A program made the translations under genes and the position numbers. DNA of 63,790 nt, filler included, from Stramenopiles sp. TOSAG23-2 (taxonomy: Eukaryota): the NCBI GenBank assembly GCA_900128395.1. It is 5 parts of 5 records of this genome, joined end to end, with 100 filler letters (N's around TTAATTAATTAA, not from the genome) between each part and the next. Parts side by side here need not be neighbours in the genome. Positions count along the whole stretch, not along the records: positions 1 to 29,280 come from LT649391.1; 4 more parts are not named here. One strand, given 5' to 3'. Below, in pieces: positions 11,015-22,242 of the stretch; the stretch's first letter is position 1, and every line of letters starts with the position of its first letter. Under the pieces are notes generated by a model that had not been told where the DNA came from, did not search any database, and was given only the letters and a program-made list of their open reading frames with translations.

Positions 11015-12961
11015 ATGAAATATTCCATCATCATCATATTACTATTTTTAACTATCATCCCAATCACCGTATCCACTGACTTAGGAAATGAATGTGAAAT
11101 ACAAGGTGAATATCTTACAACAACAACAACAACAAACAACAAATTAAAAGTAATAATTACTGGAACGACATTAACATTTCAAGATGGTGAATTAATATTA
11201 CCTGGATTTTTCAATGTATCATCCACCTCTAATCCAATAACAACATTAACAACCTATTCAAAATTTATATCAAATGGTAATTATATTATTATATCACCAA
11301 CTATATGTTTTTCAATAAGTTTAATTGAATATAAAGAGTTAAAAATATATAAACCCGTAAAAAATGAGAATAATAATTGCGATACGTATATAACAGATGG
11401 TGAGAAAGACAATACAGATAATACAATCTTTGATGGTGAATTAATAGAAGGTACGTCAACATTTTGTTCGTATTTCATATTAGGTGCATTGGTAGCATCA
11501 ATTGGTAGTTTCTGTGCAACGTTAGGGATGAACCTACAAAAATTAACTCATGATAAACTTGAACAACAGAAAGATCGAACAAGTAGTTATTATACCCAGC
11601 CATTGTGGATCATCGGTATGAGTTTAATTGTTTTAGATGGTATTTTAGATGTTTTAACGTTTGGTATGGCGCCAGCAGCGATGTTGGCACCATTGGCTTC
11701 GTTAGTTTTGGTTCATAATGTTATTATTGCACCATGTTTATTAAAGGAAAAATTAGATAAAAAATCATTAATTGCAACTGTAATTATAATTAGTGGCAGT
11801 TTATTAGCAACTGTATTTGCACCGAAAAAAACACCAATCTTATCTCCTGATTATTTTTTTCAACGATGGACATCACTTGGTATGATTATATTTGAATCAT
11901 GTGTTGTTGTCATTTTTTTCACATTTTATTTTTATGTTACAAGTATTGTAAAAAGACGTACGGTAACAAAAAGTTGTTTGGATGTGAATGTTGAACTATT
12001 ACGAAAAATGTCAAATAAAGAAAAAGATTTTTCATCAATTGATGATGCAATTGATGATGCAATTAATACAAAAGATATACAATTAATTGCAAGTAAAAGT
12101 AGTAGTAGTAATAGTAACGATGATGGTAAAGAAGAAGAAACCTATGAAGATTTAGAGTTAGTAGAAGGTGAATATGATTATGCTGTTGTACGATTTGGTT
12201 ATTCTTTTTTATCTGGTTTATTAGGCGGTCAATCTATTATATTTGCAAAAACAGTTATTGAATTAGTCAAAGTAACTTTTTTTGGGAAAAACCAAGGTAT
12301 TGATTATATGTGCTTTGCAAATATTGATTTCTATGTCTATTTAATTGCAATGATTTTAGTATTAGTAGCACAAACAAATATATTAAATCTAGGATTAAAA
12401 TATTTCGAAGCATTGAAAATTGTACCTGTCTTTATAACATTTTATCAAATATTTGGCGTTATTGGTGGTGGTTTATATTATAAAGAATTTGATGAATTTA
12501 CTACTGCAAATTGGATTTTATTTCCAGTTGGTTGTATTGTATCATTTTGTGGTATTTATATATTAAGTATGAAACCTGGTTCATTATTTAAAGATGGAAA
12601 TAATAACGATGATGATGATACAGATAATTTAAATGATGATGGCACTAGTAATGATCGTGTCGATCGATTAAGTAGGCATTTTAGAACAAGCGTACATTTA
12701 CCATTATTAAGAAAGGATGATTCAGAATCAATTGAAATATCAAAAGGTCGAAAATCAATCAATTCAAAGTTAAGATGGTCATTAACAAGTGATGATATCT
12801 TATTAATTAATAAACAAAGCAGTAATGGTAATAATGTAGACGGTAATAATCGGAAAAGTCAGGTACGTTCATCGTTATCCGCTAAATCAAGAACCATTTC
12901 CGATCCAACTGGTATATCAATCTCACAAATCAATAAGGAAAAACAAGAAAGTGGCCCGTAA
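11015..12961 (+). CDS. NIPA-family (DMT superfamily) Mg2+ transporter with N-terminal signal peptide and ectodomain
   Basis: LGMNLQKL.H, PLWIIG, FGMAPAAMLAPLASL.LV.N, L.KE.L, LN.GL..FEA..IVP.F, GGLYYKEF; about 9 TM helices. Confidence 0.88.
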   Translation: MKYSIIIILLFLTIIPITVSTDLGNECEIQGEYLTTTTTTNNKLKVIITGTTLTFQDGELILPGFFNVSSTSNPITTLTTYSKFISNGNYIIISPTICFSISLIEYKELKIYKPVKNENNNCDTYITDGEKDNTDNTIFDGELIEGTSTFCSYFILGALVASIGSFCATLGMNLQKLTHDKLEQQKDRTSSYYTQPLWIIGMSLIVLDGILDVLTFGMAPAAMLAPLASLVLVHNVIIAPCLLKEKLDKKSLIATVIIISGSLLATVFAPKKTPILSPDYFFQRWTSLGMIIFESCVVVIFFTFYFYVTSIVKRRTVTKSCLDVNVELLRKMSNKEKDFSSIDDAIDDAINTKDIQLIASKSSSSNSNDDGKEEETYEDLELVEGEYDYAVVRFGYSFLSGLLGGQSIIFAKTVIELVKVTFFGKNQGIDYMCFANIDFYVYLIAMILVLVAQTNILNLGLKYFEALKIVPVFITFYQIFGVIGGGLYYKEFDEFTTANWILFPVGCIVSFCGIYILSMKPGSLFKDGNNNDDDDTDNLNDDGTSNDRVDRLSRHFRTSVHLPLLRKDDSESIEISKGRKSINSKLRWSLTSDDILLINKQSSNGNNVDGNNRKSQVRSSLSAKSRTISDPTGISISQINKEKQESGP

Positions 12962-13152
12962 AAATGTGGCCGTAAAAATGAAAATCGTATGTATATATAT
13001 AAAGGTAAAGGATAGAAGAAGTATTATCATAATGTGAATGATATTTTCGTATGTATCAAATTATGCATTTTTTATAATATTATAAAACAAAATATTTTTA
13101 ACTTCCTCTCTCTAAACATGAACATACACACGCAGACATTCAATATCTACAT

Positions 13153-13605
13153 TTAATCCGTCTTCTTCTTCTTCTCATCACTTACATCACTATTCACTGT
13201 TTTACCTTTTTGTACAAAATATACACCAAGAAAAATGAAAACTGCTCCAATCCACCATGTTATTGATAAATGTTCATTAAATAATAAATAAGCAAAAATT
13301 GCGGTAGCTAGAAAATTAACAGACGTAGTCATAACAGTAGATTTCAATGAACCATCTGAATGTAATGCTCGCACCATAGAACTCAACATGATGCCATTAA
13401 CAGTCATCATAATAAAAAACATCAATGCTCGAAATGCATAAATTATATACGAACAATATACTTCCCCAGAAGTTGTTGTTTCAAATTGCATATGACACTT
13501 TGTACTAATATATTTCACTGCTATCGAATCAGAACTAAATGCTAATTTACCAAATACGGATGCAAATGCACCAAATATACCAGCTATTATACTATATAAT
13601 GGCAT
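13153..13605 (-). CDS. TMEM42: TMEM42-like small DMT/EamA membrane protein
   Basis: AG.FGA.ASVFGKLAF, NFL.TA...YLLF.E.LS..WW.G..FI..GV; 4 TM helices, C-terminal KKKKTD. Confidence 0.75.
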   Translation of the reverse strand: MPLYSIIAGIFGAFASVFGKLAFSSDSIAVKYISTKCHMQFETTTSGEVYCSYIIYAFRALMFFIMMTVNGIMLSSMVRALHSDGSLKSTVMTTSVNFLATAIFAYLLFNEHLSITWWIGAVFIFLGVYFVQKGKTVNSDVSDEKKKKTD

Positions 13606-13850
13606 GCCGTGTTGTGTACGTAATATTTTTAATGTAATAAAGATAATATAACTACTCTAATAGTGTTGGATGACATATATTATATATATATGTATCTTTA
13701 TCTACATAAGGGTACTATCTTGAAAATGAAAAATATATGGATATTATTATTTATAGACCCGAACCATCTGTGGACAAATAATGTGCAAATCGAGAGCTTT
13801 TTTTGGCTGAGCGCGTAATAAAAAAATATAAATAATACATATATTATATA

Positions 13851-13945
13851 TAGGTAAATATTTCTAGTATACAACTACTCTGTACTGAGACCAGAGATTT
13901 CAACCAATATTATTTGAGGGGAAAAATAAATAATTATAAAAAATA
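13851..13945. repeat. Dispersed ~90-bp repeat, copy 1 (copy 2 at ~31371-31460 on another contig)
   Basis: TAGGTAAATATTTCTAGTATACAACTAC..GTACT.AGACC.AGATT.CAACCAATATT.TTTGAGGGGAAAAATA.ATAATT at both loci. Confidence 0.85.
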
Positions 13946-15252
13946 AAAAACAAACATGTATCTTTTGGATGTCACAAATATTAAAAGTTTTTTATCTAAT
14001 TTATATAATATTTGAAGAAAGTAGGAATTATTATGGGAGTAAATTAAAAAATAAATTATGCGTAAACTTAATTATTAAGATGATATATGATAAATTGTGT
14101 GTGTGTGTGTGTGTTTTCGTAATGACCTTTATTAATGTTCGCCACAATAAGCATTGCTGCATGGATTCAAACTGGACTGGAACATCTGAAAAGAGTTATA
14201 AAATCCAAACACTCCAAAAAAACAGAAAAATGCGATTGTCATTCGCACACGCTGTCCTATTGTCACTTTCTTATTTCTTTCAATATATTTTTTTTTGTTG
14301 TATGCGGTCATAAATTTAAAGAATCTGGGAGTGCCCTCACCAAATTTACATGTTACGGTATTGATCCATTTGTTTGTTTTAAAAATGGATGGCCAATGAC
14401 ATTTTCAGGATGACAGAAACCGTCCTCTTTTGCCGAACGAAATTCTTCTTCAATGATATCTTCATTTGGAGAGACATTTTGTGCCCATGCATAAGCAGCG
14501 TGACTAAGAGCACAAATTATATGTTGATCTTTACAACATTGGTGAAAGGTATGACCTGATTCTGCATAAAGGAACGTGTTAAGTTTATGTTTATTTTTAA
14601 TTCTTATTCTCAAGATATTAATGTATTCACTCACTGTCTCACTGTTTTAAAAACTTTTTAAAGTGTCAATATGTCTATACAGTATTATATGCTAGAGTGT
14701 TTTTATATATGCAAGAGCATAAATTCGAAATAAATATATAATATATGATATATAATACGGATCGTATATATTATCTAATAATACAGTCATGTATCATGCA
14801 ACTCATATGTATATTGCACTGCTACATGCATACAGTGTATCCCACTCTCTGGCGAATTCTTGGCTTGTTATATTCCTGTCGGCTGTTATGTTTCGTGTGT
14901 AGGGTCGTATTTACCTGCTAAAGTTAAGATCGGGAATATCATTGGTGCTGTGCTGATGACGAATGTGCGAATGTGCGAATGCACGAATGGATAATATATC
15001 AATCTACGTAATTATGGCTATGTTTGGGTATGAACACATGAAGGATAACAAAAACTAATACTCAGATCTAGAAATAATGTTTGATAGTAATATACGCGGG
15101 TAAATTGTACTTAAAGTATATGAAATTAGTTATTTGGCACACCGAAGCTCACGACTCACGACACTAACACGGTGGTTCGGGTCATTAACAAATATAGTTT
15201 TCTTCGATTATCCTGCAGTATAGTGTAACAAGTATAAAAACTATTAATCATC

Positions 15253-17028
15253 TTATTTATGTTGAAATTGTTGTTGATCATTGTTTTCTTTCATTGCATC
15301 ATCATCATCATTAACAATTGATGTAGTATTAGTAGATGAGGTAGCATCTGCTTCTACTACCTCCTTCTCCTCCTGTACATCATGTTTATTTAATACATCA
15401 TTCACATATTGTTCCCATTCAGCTTTATTTGGTTGTTTACTACTGCGCTGTATTGTCATCAATTTATAACCAGCCCAACCAATATAGGTTGATCGTAACT
15501 CTTTCCAATCAATCCATGCACTTGGTCTTTGTCCTTTACGTGCAGTTAATACTTGACGAACATGAACTTTAGTAGTTGGTGGTATCGGTACATTTGTCAT
15601 TGCGTTTTCTTCTCCCTCTTTTGACGTTTCTTGTTGTTGTTGCTCGTTTTTTACTGATACGGTTTCCGTCCATTCACGAATTGCATAAATCAATGCATAA
15701 TGATTTTTATGATGTGATAATAAAATAGTATCGTCTCTGGTAAACATAGCACGTAATTGTAACCATTGCATGTAAATATCTTCTTCTTTGTCCATTGTAG
15801 ATAATGGACAACGTAGTTTTGAACCACGTACTCGTTTTCCCATAAACATAGAACAACGCAAATCCATTAAACCCAATGATTCAGATGATATCCAATTCAC
15901 TTGCGATGTAATACCCCAATTACCAAATGCTGCTGTACTTGGTCGTTTTCGCTCTAATTTACGTAATCCACCCATACGATTAAATAATTCACTAAATTCT
16001 TTTACCCAACTTATTTTTTTCGTTTTCACTTTTACCGTCGTCTCAACAATAATTGGTTGCTCTTCGTCTTCTTCTGTTCGTCGTGGAATTGTATCACTAT
16101 CATTGTTCAACTCATTTTCAGAAGCAGATGTTATTTTTGCCATGCTGTTGCCATTCGCGTTGCTATTTGTGGATGATTGAAATGGTTGTATTGTAAAATC
16201 TGGATCTTGACCAATATTAGATTTAGTTTCAAATGGATTACCACCTTCCATAATTTGCTCTGCTAATAATGCTTCTTGTTGTTTTCTAGCTTCTACTTTT
16301 TCTTGTTTTCGCCTTTTCACTTCTTCTGGATCTTCCATATCTTCTCTTAATATTTGAAAAACAGGATCAGCGTAAACATATGTTTTTTCATCATCTCCTT
16401 CCAGTTGAAACGATTCAAATACGACTTTTTTAAATGTGTCTTTCATCAATTTTTTACTTGCACTAGTTGCTTTATTTTCACCACCAATAAATTTACCATC
16501 ATGCTTCTCTTTTAAGACTTTTTTCACTGCATCCAATACAGGTTCAATATTTAAATTACCCAATAAACGTTCGATTCTACCGCGTGTGTTATTCACGCGA
16601 TCTTTCTGTATTTGTATCAATACATTGATATTGTCATCCATGGTTCTAGCACCTTTATCTTGTCGTTTTAAACCACCTAATGCATTCCACGCACCAGCAA
16701 CAGATGCTGCTGCACAACCAGGTGACCGTTGCTTGACCCATGCTGATAATGCGTTGTTTGAATATGCGATAAAGAAATTAGATTTATTTGAATTTGATCC
16801 TGGAAACGATCCATCTGGTAATAATAATTCCATCAATTTTGCCGATGACAATTCTTCAGATACATCCGTATCACGTTCATAATCATCAATACCTTTATCA
16901 ACCGTCGTCGTTGCATTATTAGTATTTTTTATTGAAGCATTTTTTACGTTATTATTAACATCAATATTTTTCTTCGTATTTAATTGTTGTGTAGAATCTT
17001 GTATTCCACTTTCTGATAATATTTCCAT
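15253..17028 (-). CDS. Uncharacterised protein with putative papain-fold (C39/BIVM-like) catalytic motifs
   Basis: KQRSPGCAAASVAGAWNAL (Q-x4-C) near the N-terminus and LSHHKNHYALIYA...QVLTARKGQRP.AWIDW near the C-terminus; long intact ORF. Confidence 0.55.
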   Translation of the reverse strand: MEILSESGIQDSTQQLNTKKNIDVNNNVKNASIKNTNNATTTVDKGIDDYERDTDVSEELSSAKLMELLLPDGSFPGSNSNKSNFFIAYSNNALSAWVKQRSPGCAAASVAGAWNALGGLKRQDKGARTMDDNINVLIQIQKDRVNNTRGRIERLLGNLNIEPVLDAVKKVLKEKHDGKFIGGENKATSASKKLMKDTFKKVVFESFQLEGDDEKTYVYADPVFQILREDMEDPEEVKRRKQEKVEARKQQEALLAEQIMEGGNPFETKSNIGQDPDFTIQPFQSSTNSNANGNSMAKITSASENELNNDSDTIPRRTEEDEEQPIIVETTVKVKTKKISWVKEFSELFNRMGGLRKLERKRPSTAAFGNWGITSQVNWISSESLGLMDLRCSMFMGKRVRGSKLRCPLSTMDKEEDIYMQWLQLRAMFTRDDTILLSHHKNHYALIYAIREWTETVSVKNEQQQQETSKEGEENAMTNVPIPPTTKVHVRQVLTARKGQRPSAWIDWKELRSTYIGWAGYKLMTIQRSSKQPNKAEWEQYVNDVLNKHDVQEEKEVVEADATSSTNTTSIVNDDDDAMKENNDQQQFQHK

Positions 17029-17504
17029 TTTCAAATTTTAGTCCTGGGAGTCTTCTTATAATGAATTTCGTACTTTATTTGATTTAAACAAACAAAAACC
17101 ATATAATATTGTTTAAATTCTCTTGTCGTTGTTTTCTTTTTCTCTTTTTTTCCCTAGAAACAACATATTTTGAAATATATATATATATTTTATATAGTAT
17201 ATTTCTAATATAGTAGCACCAACAAAAAACTAACTGCCAGAAAATATTGTTATTACCGCCTGACCCAATTTTTAGTACCTGGTACAGTACCTGGTATAGT
17301 AAAATGATACATAGTATAGGAAGAGGTACTCAAAACACGACTGACGACTTGAATCTTAAATGACGAATTCATTCAGACGACTCTGTGTGCGATGGATTAT
17401 GACAATAATACATATTACGAAGTATATTATGTAGTATAGTAGTAGCGATGATGGTAAAATATTTATGGTAATAATGTAAAATATCTGTGACACATTTTAA
17501 TAGT

Positions 17505-20066
17505 TTATTTTTCCTTCCATGGGCATTGCCATGGACTTGGCAACCAGTTCCCAAATTCTTGCAATGTAAACTCTTCGGATAAAACATTTGAATTATGATG
17601 AAGAAATACTTTGACGAAAAACGTCTCACCGGAACCAGTTGGGTCTGCAATTGCTATTTTTGGAGCATTTTTTACTAGTTTTATATTGTGTGGCGTAGAT
17701 GCCATACATGCTATTTCAAATTTTAAACCTTCCTTACGTTCATAACCTTTCATTTTTTTCCCGTTTCTTGTTATATCTTGAACACGTTTTAAGCAAATTT
17801 TCCATATTTCAGGATCCAATACCCAACAATCAGGACAACGTTTTAAATCCCCACATATTTGATTCCAGTGTGGGAAAAATATTGCTTTATCTTTTTTTCT
17901 ATTCACATTCATAATACATTTCACTTTACTTTTTTTAAAATCAACACCAGCTTCTTTTCCACATTTAATATCATGAATATGAAATCCACTTTTTGGACCT
18001 CTATCTTTTACGAGGGTTAATATTTTTCTACATTTACTTTGTAATTTAGATGGCGAAGATTCCCTGAAAGGCAAATCCATTATAAAATCCAAATCCATAT
18101 CGAACTCCCATGGCGGCAGGCTTCCTACCTTCATCGGCGTTAATAGCGAACCGTATACTGCATTAAATGAATTTTTCTCATATGTTAATTCGTTTTCTGT
18201 TGATACAATATCATTTATTGTCTTGGAGACATCATACAACAACGACGGTCGTGTGCGTGCATCCCTTCCAGTAAAACATAATGAATCTTTTTTCCATAAT
18301 TTGTATGCTGTATTCTTAAAGGAAACATATTTATCAACTTGAAAATTGTTTTCAGATGAAGTGAAGTATGGCAAAAAACCAAAGCTTCCTGATTTTTGGC
18401 CTAAATATTTCGTATTTAACATCTTTCTTGCTTTTGGTGCTGCAAGGTGGCCATGCCCTGTAAACGCTGCCGAAACAAGGATGGAAATCGTCTCCTCTGT
18501 TTTCTTGTATGGATTTACACTTAATGGCATTTCAACTAAATCGCATATGCCAAATGATTCTCCATTTATATGTTTCCCATCATCAATTTGCCCAGCATCT
18601 ATGTTCTTTTTATACACACGTACTAACTCAGGTAATTGTTGCTCTTTTTGTCTTGGCATTTGAGTAAAACACGGTAAGCCTACTTTTTTATCTTTTCCAA
18701 TTTTATATCCTCCAATTGCATATATGGTGTTGAAATGTTCAAAACGTTTTTCATGTTGTATGAGATATCCATTTGTCAATCTATCAAATCCTGTTGGATC
18801 ATAATATTTACAACAACATGCTTTGAAACAATTTGAATTATCGTTTATACAACTTTTATGGGATTTTGCCCATGAACAATGGCACCCATGTTGTTTAGTA
18901 AATGATTTTACATTAGCACAATTATTTATATTACTATTGCCCAGTTTATGCTCCATGAATCTTGTGTGAACGGAAGTGACAATTATTTTTTTTTTCAACG
19001 AGTCAAATATTTTTAAATATGGTCGTACCGAGTTTCGTATTTCTTTTTCCATAGTGTTATGGTTTGATTTATCTTTTTCTGTACATGTTAAAAATGTTAT
19101 GTGCACATTTTTATATTTGTCAGGATTAAGTAGTATTGAAGTGACAGTATGTTTCAACATATCTAAAATTTTTAATGTCTTTGGATTAATTTTAGTAAGT
19201 GCAAAGTTCCATATAAAAATTATATGGTAGACATGTGCATTTAAAGGCTTTACAAACTGTTTTGCAAAGTCACTATGAAGCTTCTCCACATTGTTACCAG
19301 CATTTCTTATATCTTCTTCAGGAATTGGTACAATGATTAATGTTGAAATTTTTGTTTCAATCAACATTGTACTTCCTACAGACATGCATTCATCGGGTGG
19401 ATCTTCTACTGTAGTTGAATCATCGTTATTGTTTATGTTATTTTTTTTTGTTTCTCCTATTTCATTCACTGTGTTGTCATTATTCGTGTTAGTAGAGGTT
19501 GATGATGATTTTGATTTTTCTTGCTTCTTGTTGCTATTACTATTATTATTCTTATTTTTCTTTTTCGTCAATATTTTCGCAAATATTTTCGCAGCAATTT
19601 TTTTTACAGATGATGGTTTTGTTGAAGATATTTTCTTCGGTGGTTCTTTTTTCGATGGTGCTTCCTGCTTTGGGGTATTTTCAAGTTGACGCCATAATGC
19701 CTTTATTGATCCAGCCAAAATTAGTTTTTTGAACGACTTTGTATTACTAGTTTTTATCTTGTCTACTTTTGGTTTTTCTAAAGTATCAATTAATGATTTT
19801 ATTGAGGATGACAACTTTAATTGTTGAGTTGAGGTTGGTTTGTTTATTGTAATATTTGTTTTTCGTTTTTTTCCTAAAATGATTGTATCATGTTTTTCAT
19901 TATCGAATTCAGATAAAAATCCATCCAGATTTCTGTAAGCATATTGTAATGATTTTCGTGATAGTGAGATATAACTATTATGAGTATGCCATTGAAGTAT
20001 TACTAGACAAAACAAAGACAAAAGTGACATTCCAAAACAGAATCGTACATTATATATTGACTGCAT
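17505..20066 (-). CDS. Type II membrane protein with C-terminal LicD/fukutin-related nucleotidyltransferase-like domain
   Basis: N-terminal signal anchor (MQSIYNVRFCFGMSLLSLFCLVIL), Lys/Ser/Asn stem, motif AVYGSLL.PMKVGSLPPWEFDMDLDF resembling LicD GTLLG..R..G.IPWD.D.D. Confidence 0.65.
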   Translation of the reverse strand: MQSIYNVRFCFGMSLLSLFCLVILQWHTHNSYISLSRKSLQYAYRNLDGFLSEFDNEKHDTIILGKKRKTNITINKPTSTQQLKLSSSIKSLIDTLEKPKVDKIKTSNTKSFKKLILAGSIKALWRQLENTPKQEAPSKKEPPKKISSTKPSSVKKIAAKIFAKILTKKKNKNNNSNSNKKQEKSKSSSTSTNTNNDNTVNEIGETKKNNINNNDDSTTVEDPPDECMSVGSTMLIETKISTLIIVPIPEEDIRNAGNNVEKLHSDFAKQFVKPLNAHVYHIIFIWNFALTKINPKTLKILDMLKHTVTSILLNPDKYKNVHITFLTCTEKDKSNHNTMEKEIRNSVRPYLKIFDSLKKKIIVTSVHTRFMEHKLGNSNINNCANVKSFTKQHGCHCSWAKSHKSCINDNSNCFKACCCKYYDPTGFDRLTNGYLIQHEKRFEHFNTIYAIGGYKIGKDKKVGLPCFTQMPRQKEQQLPELVRVYKKNIDAGQIDDGKHINGESFGICDLVEMPLSVNPYKKTEETISILVSAAFTGHGHLAAPKARKMLNTKYLGQKSGSFGFLPYFTSSENNFQVDKYVSFKNTAYKLWKKDSLCFTGRDARTRPSLLYDVSKTINDIVSTENELTYEKNSFNAVYGSLLTPMKVGSLPPWEFDMDLDFIMDLPFRESSPSKLQSKCRKILTLVKDRGPKSGFHIHDIKCGKEAGVDFKKSKVKCIMNVNRKKDKAIFFPHWNQICGDLKRCPDCWVLDPEIWKICLKRVQDITRNGKKMKGYERKEGLKFEIACMASTPHNIKLVKNAPKIAIADPTGSGETFFVKVFLHHNSNVLSEEFTLQEFGNWLPSPWQCPWKEK

Positions 20067-21119
20067 TTCGTGTGAAACTGAATTGAAAATATATATATAT
20101 ATAGTAACGAACAACAAAAACCGTAAGGTACGTATTAATTTTAGTATAGCTGCTTGTAAACACGTGTGTGCCCACTTTAACGTTTTCTAGTAATACTAAA
20201 TTATTATTTTATGAAACGAATATATTATTTGATGTGTATATATTAATAATAATATACGAGAAGAAGAATGAGAGATACTTATTATGGGCTGATGATATGT
20301 TATTAATGTGTGCTATAGCTGCTGCTCTTTTGACTGGAATAGGCTGCATATTATATTGTACTTTTAATAGGTATATTACAGTATTTAATATTAATATTAG
20401 TAATGCTGTAATCTGGAATATTGTGTCTGTGCCCTGTGCCACCACATTTTTTTTTATCTCGTTTCCCAGCCCAAAAAGGCCACATACGTAGCAGCTATCG
20501 CAGTGCAACAAGTTAGTACAGTAGTGAACTAATAATAAAGTATGCACGTATCAAAATTAAACTACTTCTCTCTTTTTTTTGAAGAATTTTCCTCCGGCCG
20601 TGCTATTCCCTGCTATATTACAACTTGTAATTTGGATAGTTTGTCTGTTAATATTTCTACGTATAGGATATTTATTGTATTTAACATTACAATCAAGTAC
20701 AGCAATATCGATCTAAACTATTTACACTATTTATTATATATTTTAAAATACAACAAGAACGACTACCTGGACTACCTGGACTAATAAATGAATAATGAAC
20801 AGATTATAAACATAGTTGGAACAAGGTGAAAGTAAAACAATCAAAGAACAATAGTATAAAAGTATTGAGAAATACTTTGATTTAAATTTTAGTTGATTAT
20901 TTGTGTAAAGTGTACAAACGTTCTTTTTGTATATATTTATATTATATTAATTATTATTTTTTTTCAATAATAATTATATATTTTTTGATAAGAAAATATA
21001 AACAAATTATTTTTAACTGGAAAAAAAAATAACGATAAATAATATAACATAAATTTTGTATAGTTGTGTATTTATTTATATTGTTTTTTTGAATTATTAT
21101 AAATATATTTTTGAACAAC

Positions 21120-21836
21120 ATGTTAGGTACAAAACGTAATGCTGGAGAAATGATGGTATGCTCGCCACAACGATATCCATTATTAACGGATGTCAATAAT
21201 AATATGATGGGACAACAAGGAGACCCACATAATAATATGGAAAGATTACAAGGGCGTGTTCGACGCAAAAAGTTAAAACTATATAACAACAACAATAGTA
21301 ACAATACCAACAACGATAATAATAACAGGAATCGCTTAAAAAGGCGCTCCGCGATATACGATGAAAATGGCACAAACATGCTTATGGGGCGTGGCAGTTA
21401 TTACCACAATGTAGAGCAAACCAGTGGTAACTGTGTAACATATAAAAAAGTACGACAAGAAGATTCCAAGGATGTTATTAAATTTACTCAACGACATTTA
21501 GAACTTTTGAGCAACCAACACGCACATAAAGTAAATGAACTTGAAACAGTAGTAAATAAACAACAAGAAATATTGACACATAAGGCGAAGGAACTTGAGG
21601 CTGTAAAATCGGAGAATGGTATTTTAAAACGTGGTGTAATTATACAAGAAACGAAGAATAAACAATTAACAGTTGAAGCCAACTCGTATAAAACATTAAT
21701 TTCGCAAATGAAAGATCATATCATGAAATTGGAGCAACGAAACTATTCATTACAAACACAATTGTCGCAACGTGATGGCATGGAGCCATTTCATTCAAAT
21801 AATAATTGTGCTAGTTTTTCTAATCATGGCTTTTAA
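21120..21836 (+). CDS. Coiled-coil protein resembling the C-terminus of plant 'ubiquitin system component CUE' family proteins
   Basis: ENGILKRGV.IQ...LEQRNYSL..QL resembles the EN.ILKRAV.IQ...LE.NNY.L motif; basic NLS-like N-terminus. Confidence 0.55.
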   Translation: MLGTKRNAGEMMVCSPQRYPLLTDVNNNMMGQQGDPHNNMERLQGRVRRKKLKLYNNNNSNNTNNDNNNRNRLKRRSAIYDENGTNMLMGRGSYYHNVEQTSGNCVTYKKVRQEDSKDVIKFTQRHLELLSNQHAHKVNELETVVNKQQEILTHKAKELEAVKSENGILKRGVIIQETKNKQLTVEANSYKTLISQMKDHIMKLEQRNYSLQTQLSQRDGMEPFHSNNNCASFSNHGF

Positions 21837-22242
21837 AAGAAAGTGAAGAAATAAAGACAGAAAAATATACATGGGTCACAAACTACAAAATAATAAGAAA
21901 AAAAAATAGAAATGTTGTATATATATAGATTATTTAAAAAATGAGGCCCATGAGCTGTTTATCAATTCTAATAATGTGCAAGTATCAAAATATGCACATT
22001 TTATGATATTCAAAAAAATAACATGCATTTTACACACACACGAACACACCGTGGACGAAATAAATTTTTGGGGAGAGGTGAGAGTTTATCATTAACAAAC
22101 TACTAGGCGTAATGTACTCTTATTATATTATTTTATTTACTACGAATCGCGTATCTGCCATCATCACGCTCACATATTAATCTACACACAGCAACCAGTT
22201 TTTATTATTTTAAAAAATGTTTTTTTTTTTCATATCGATATA

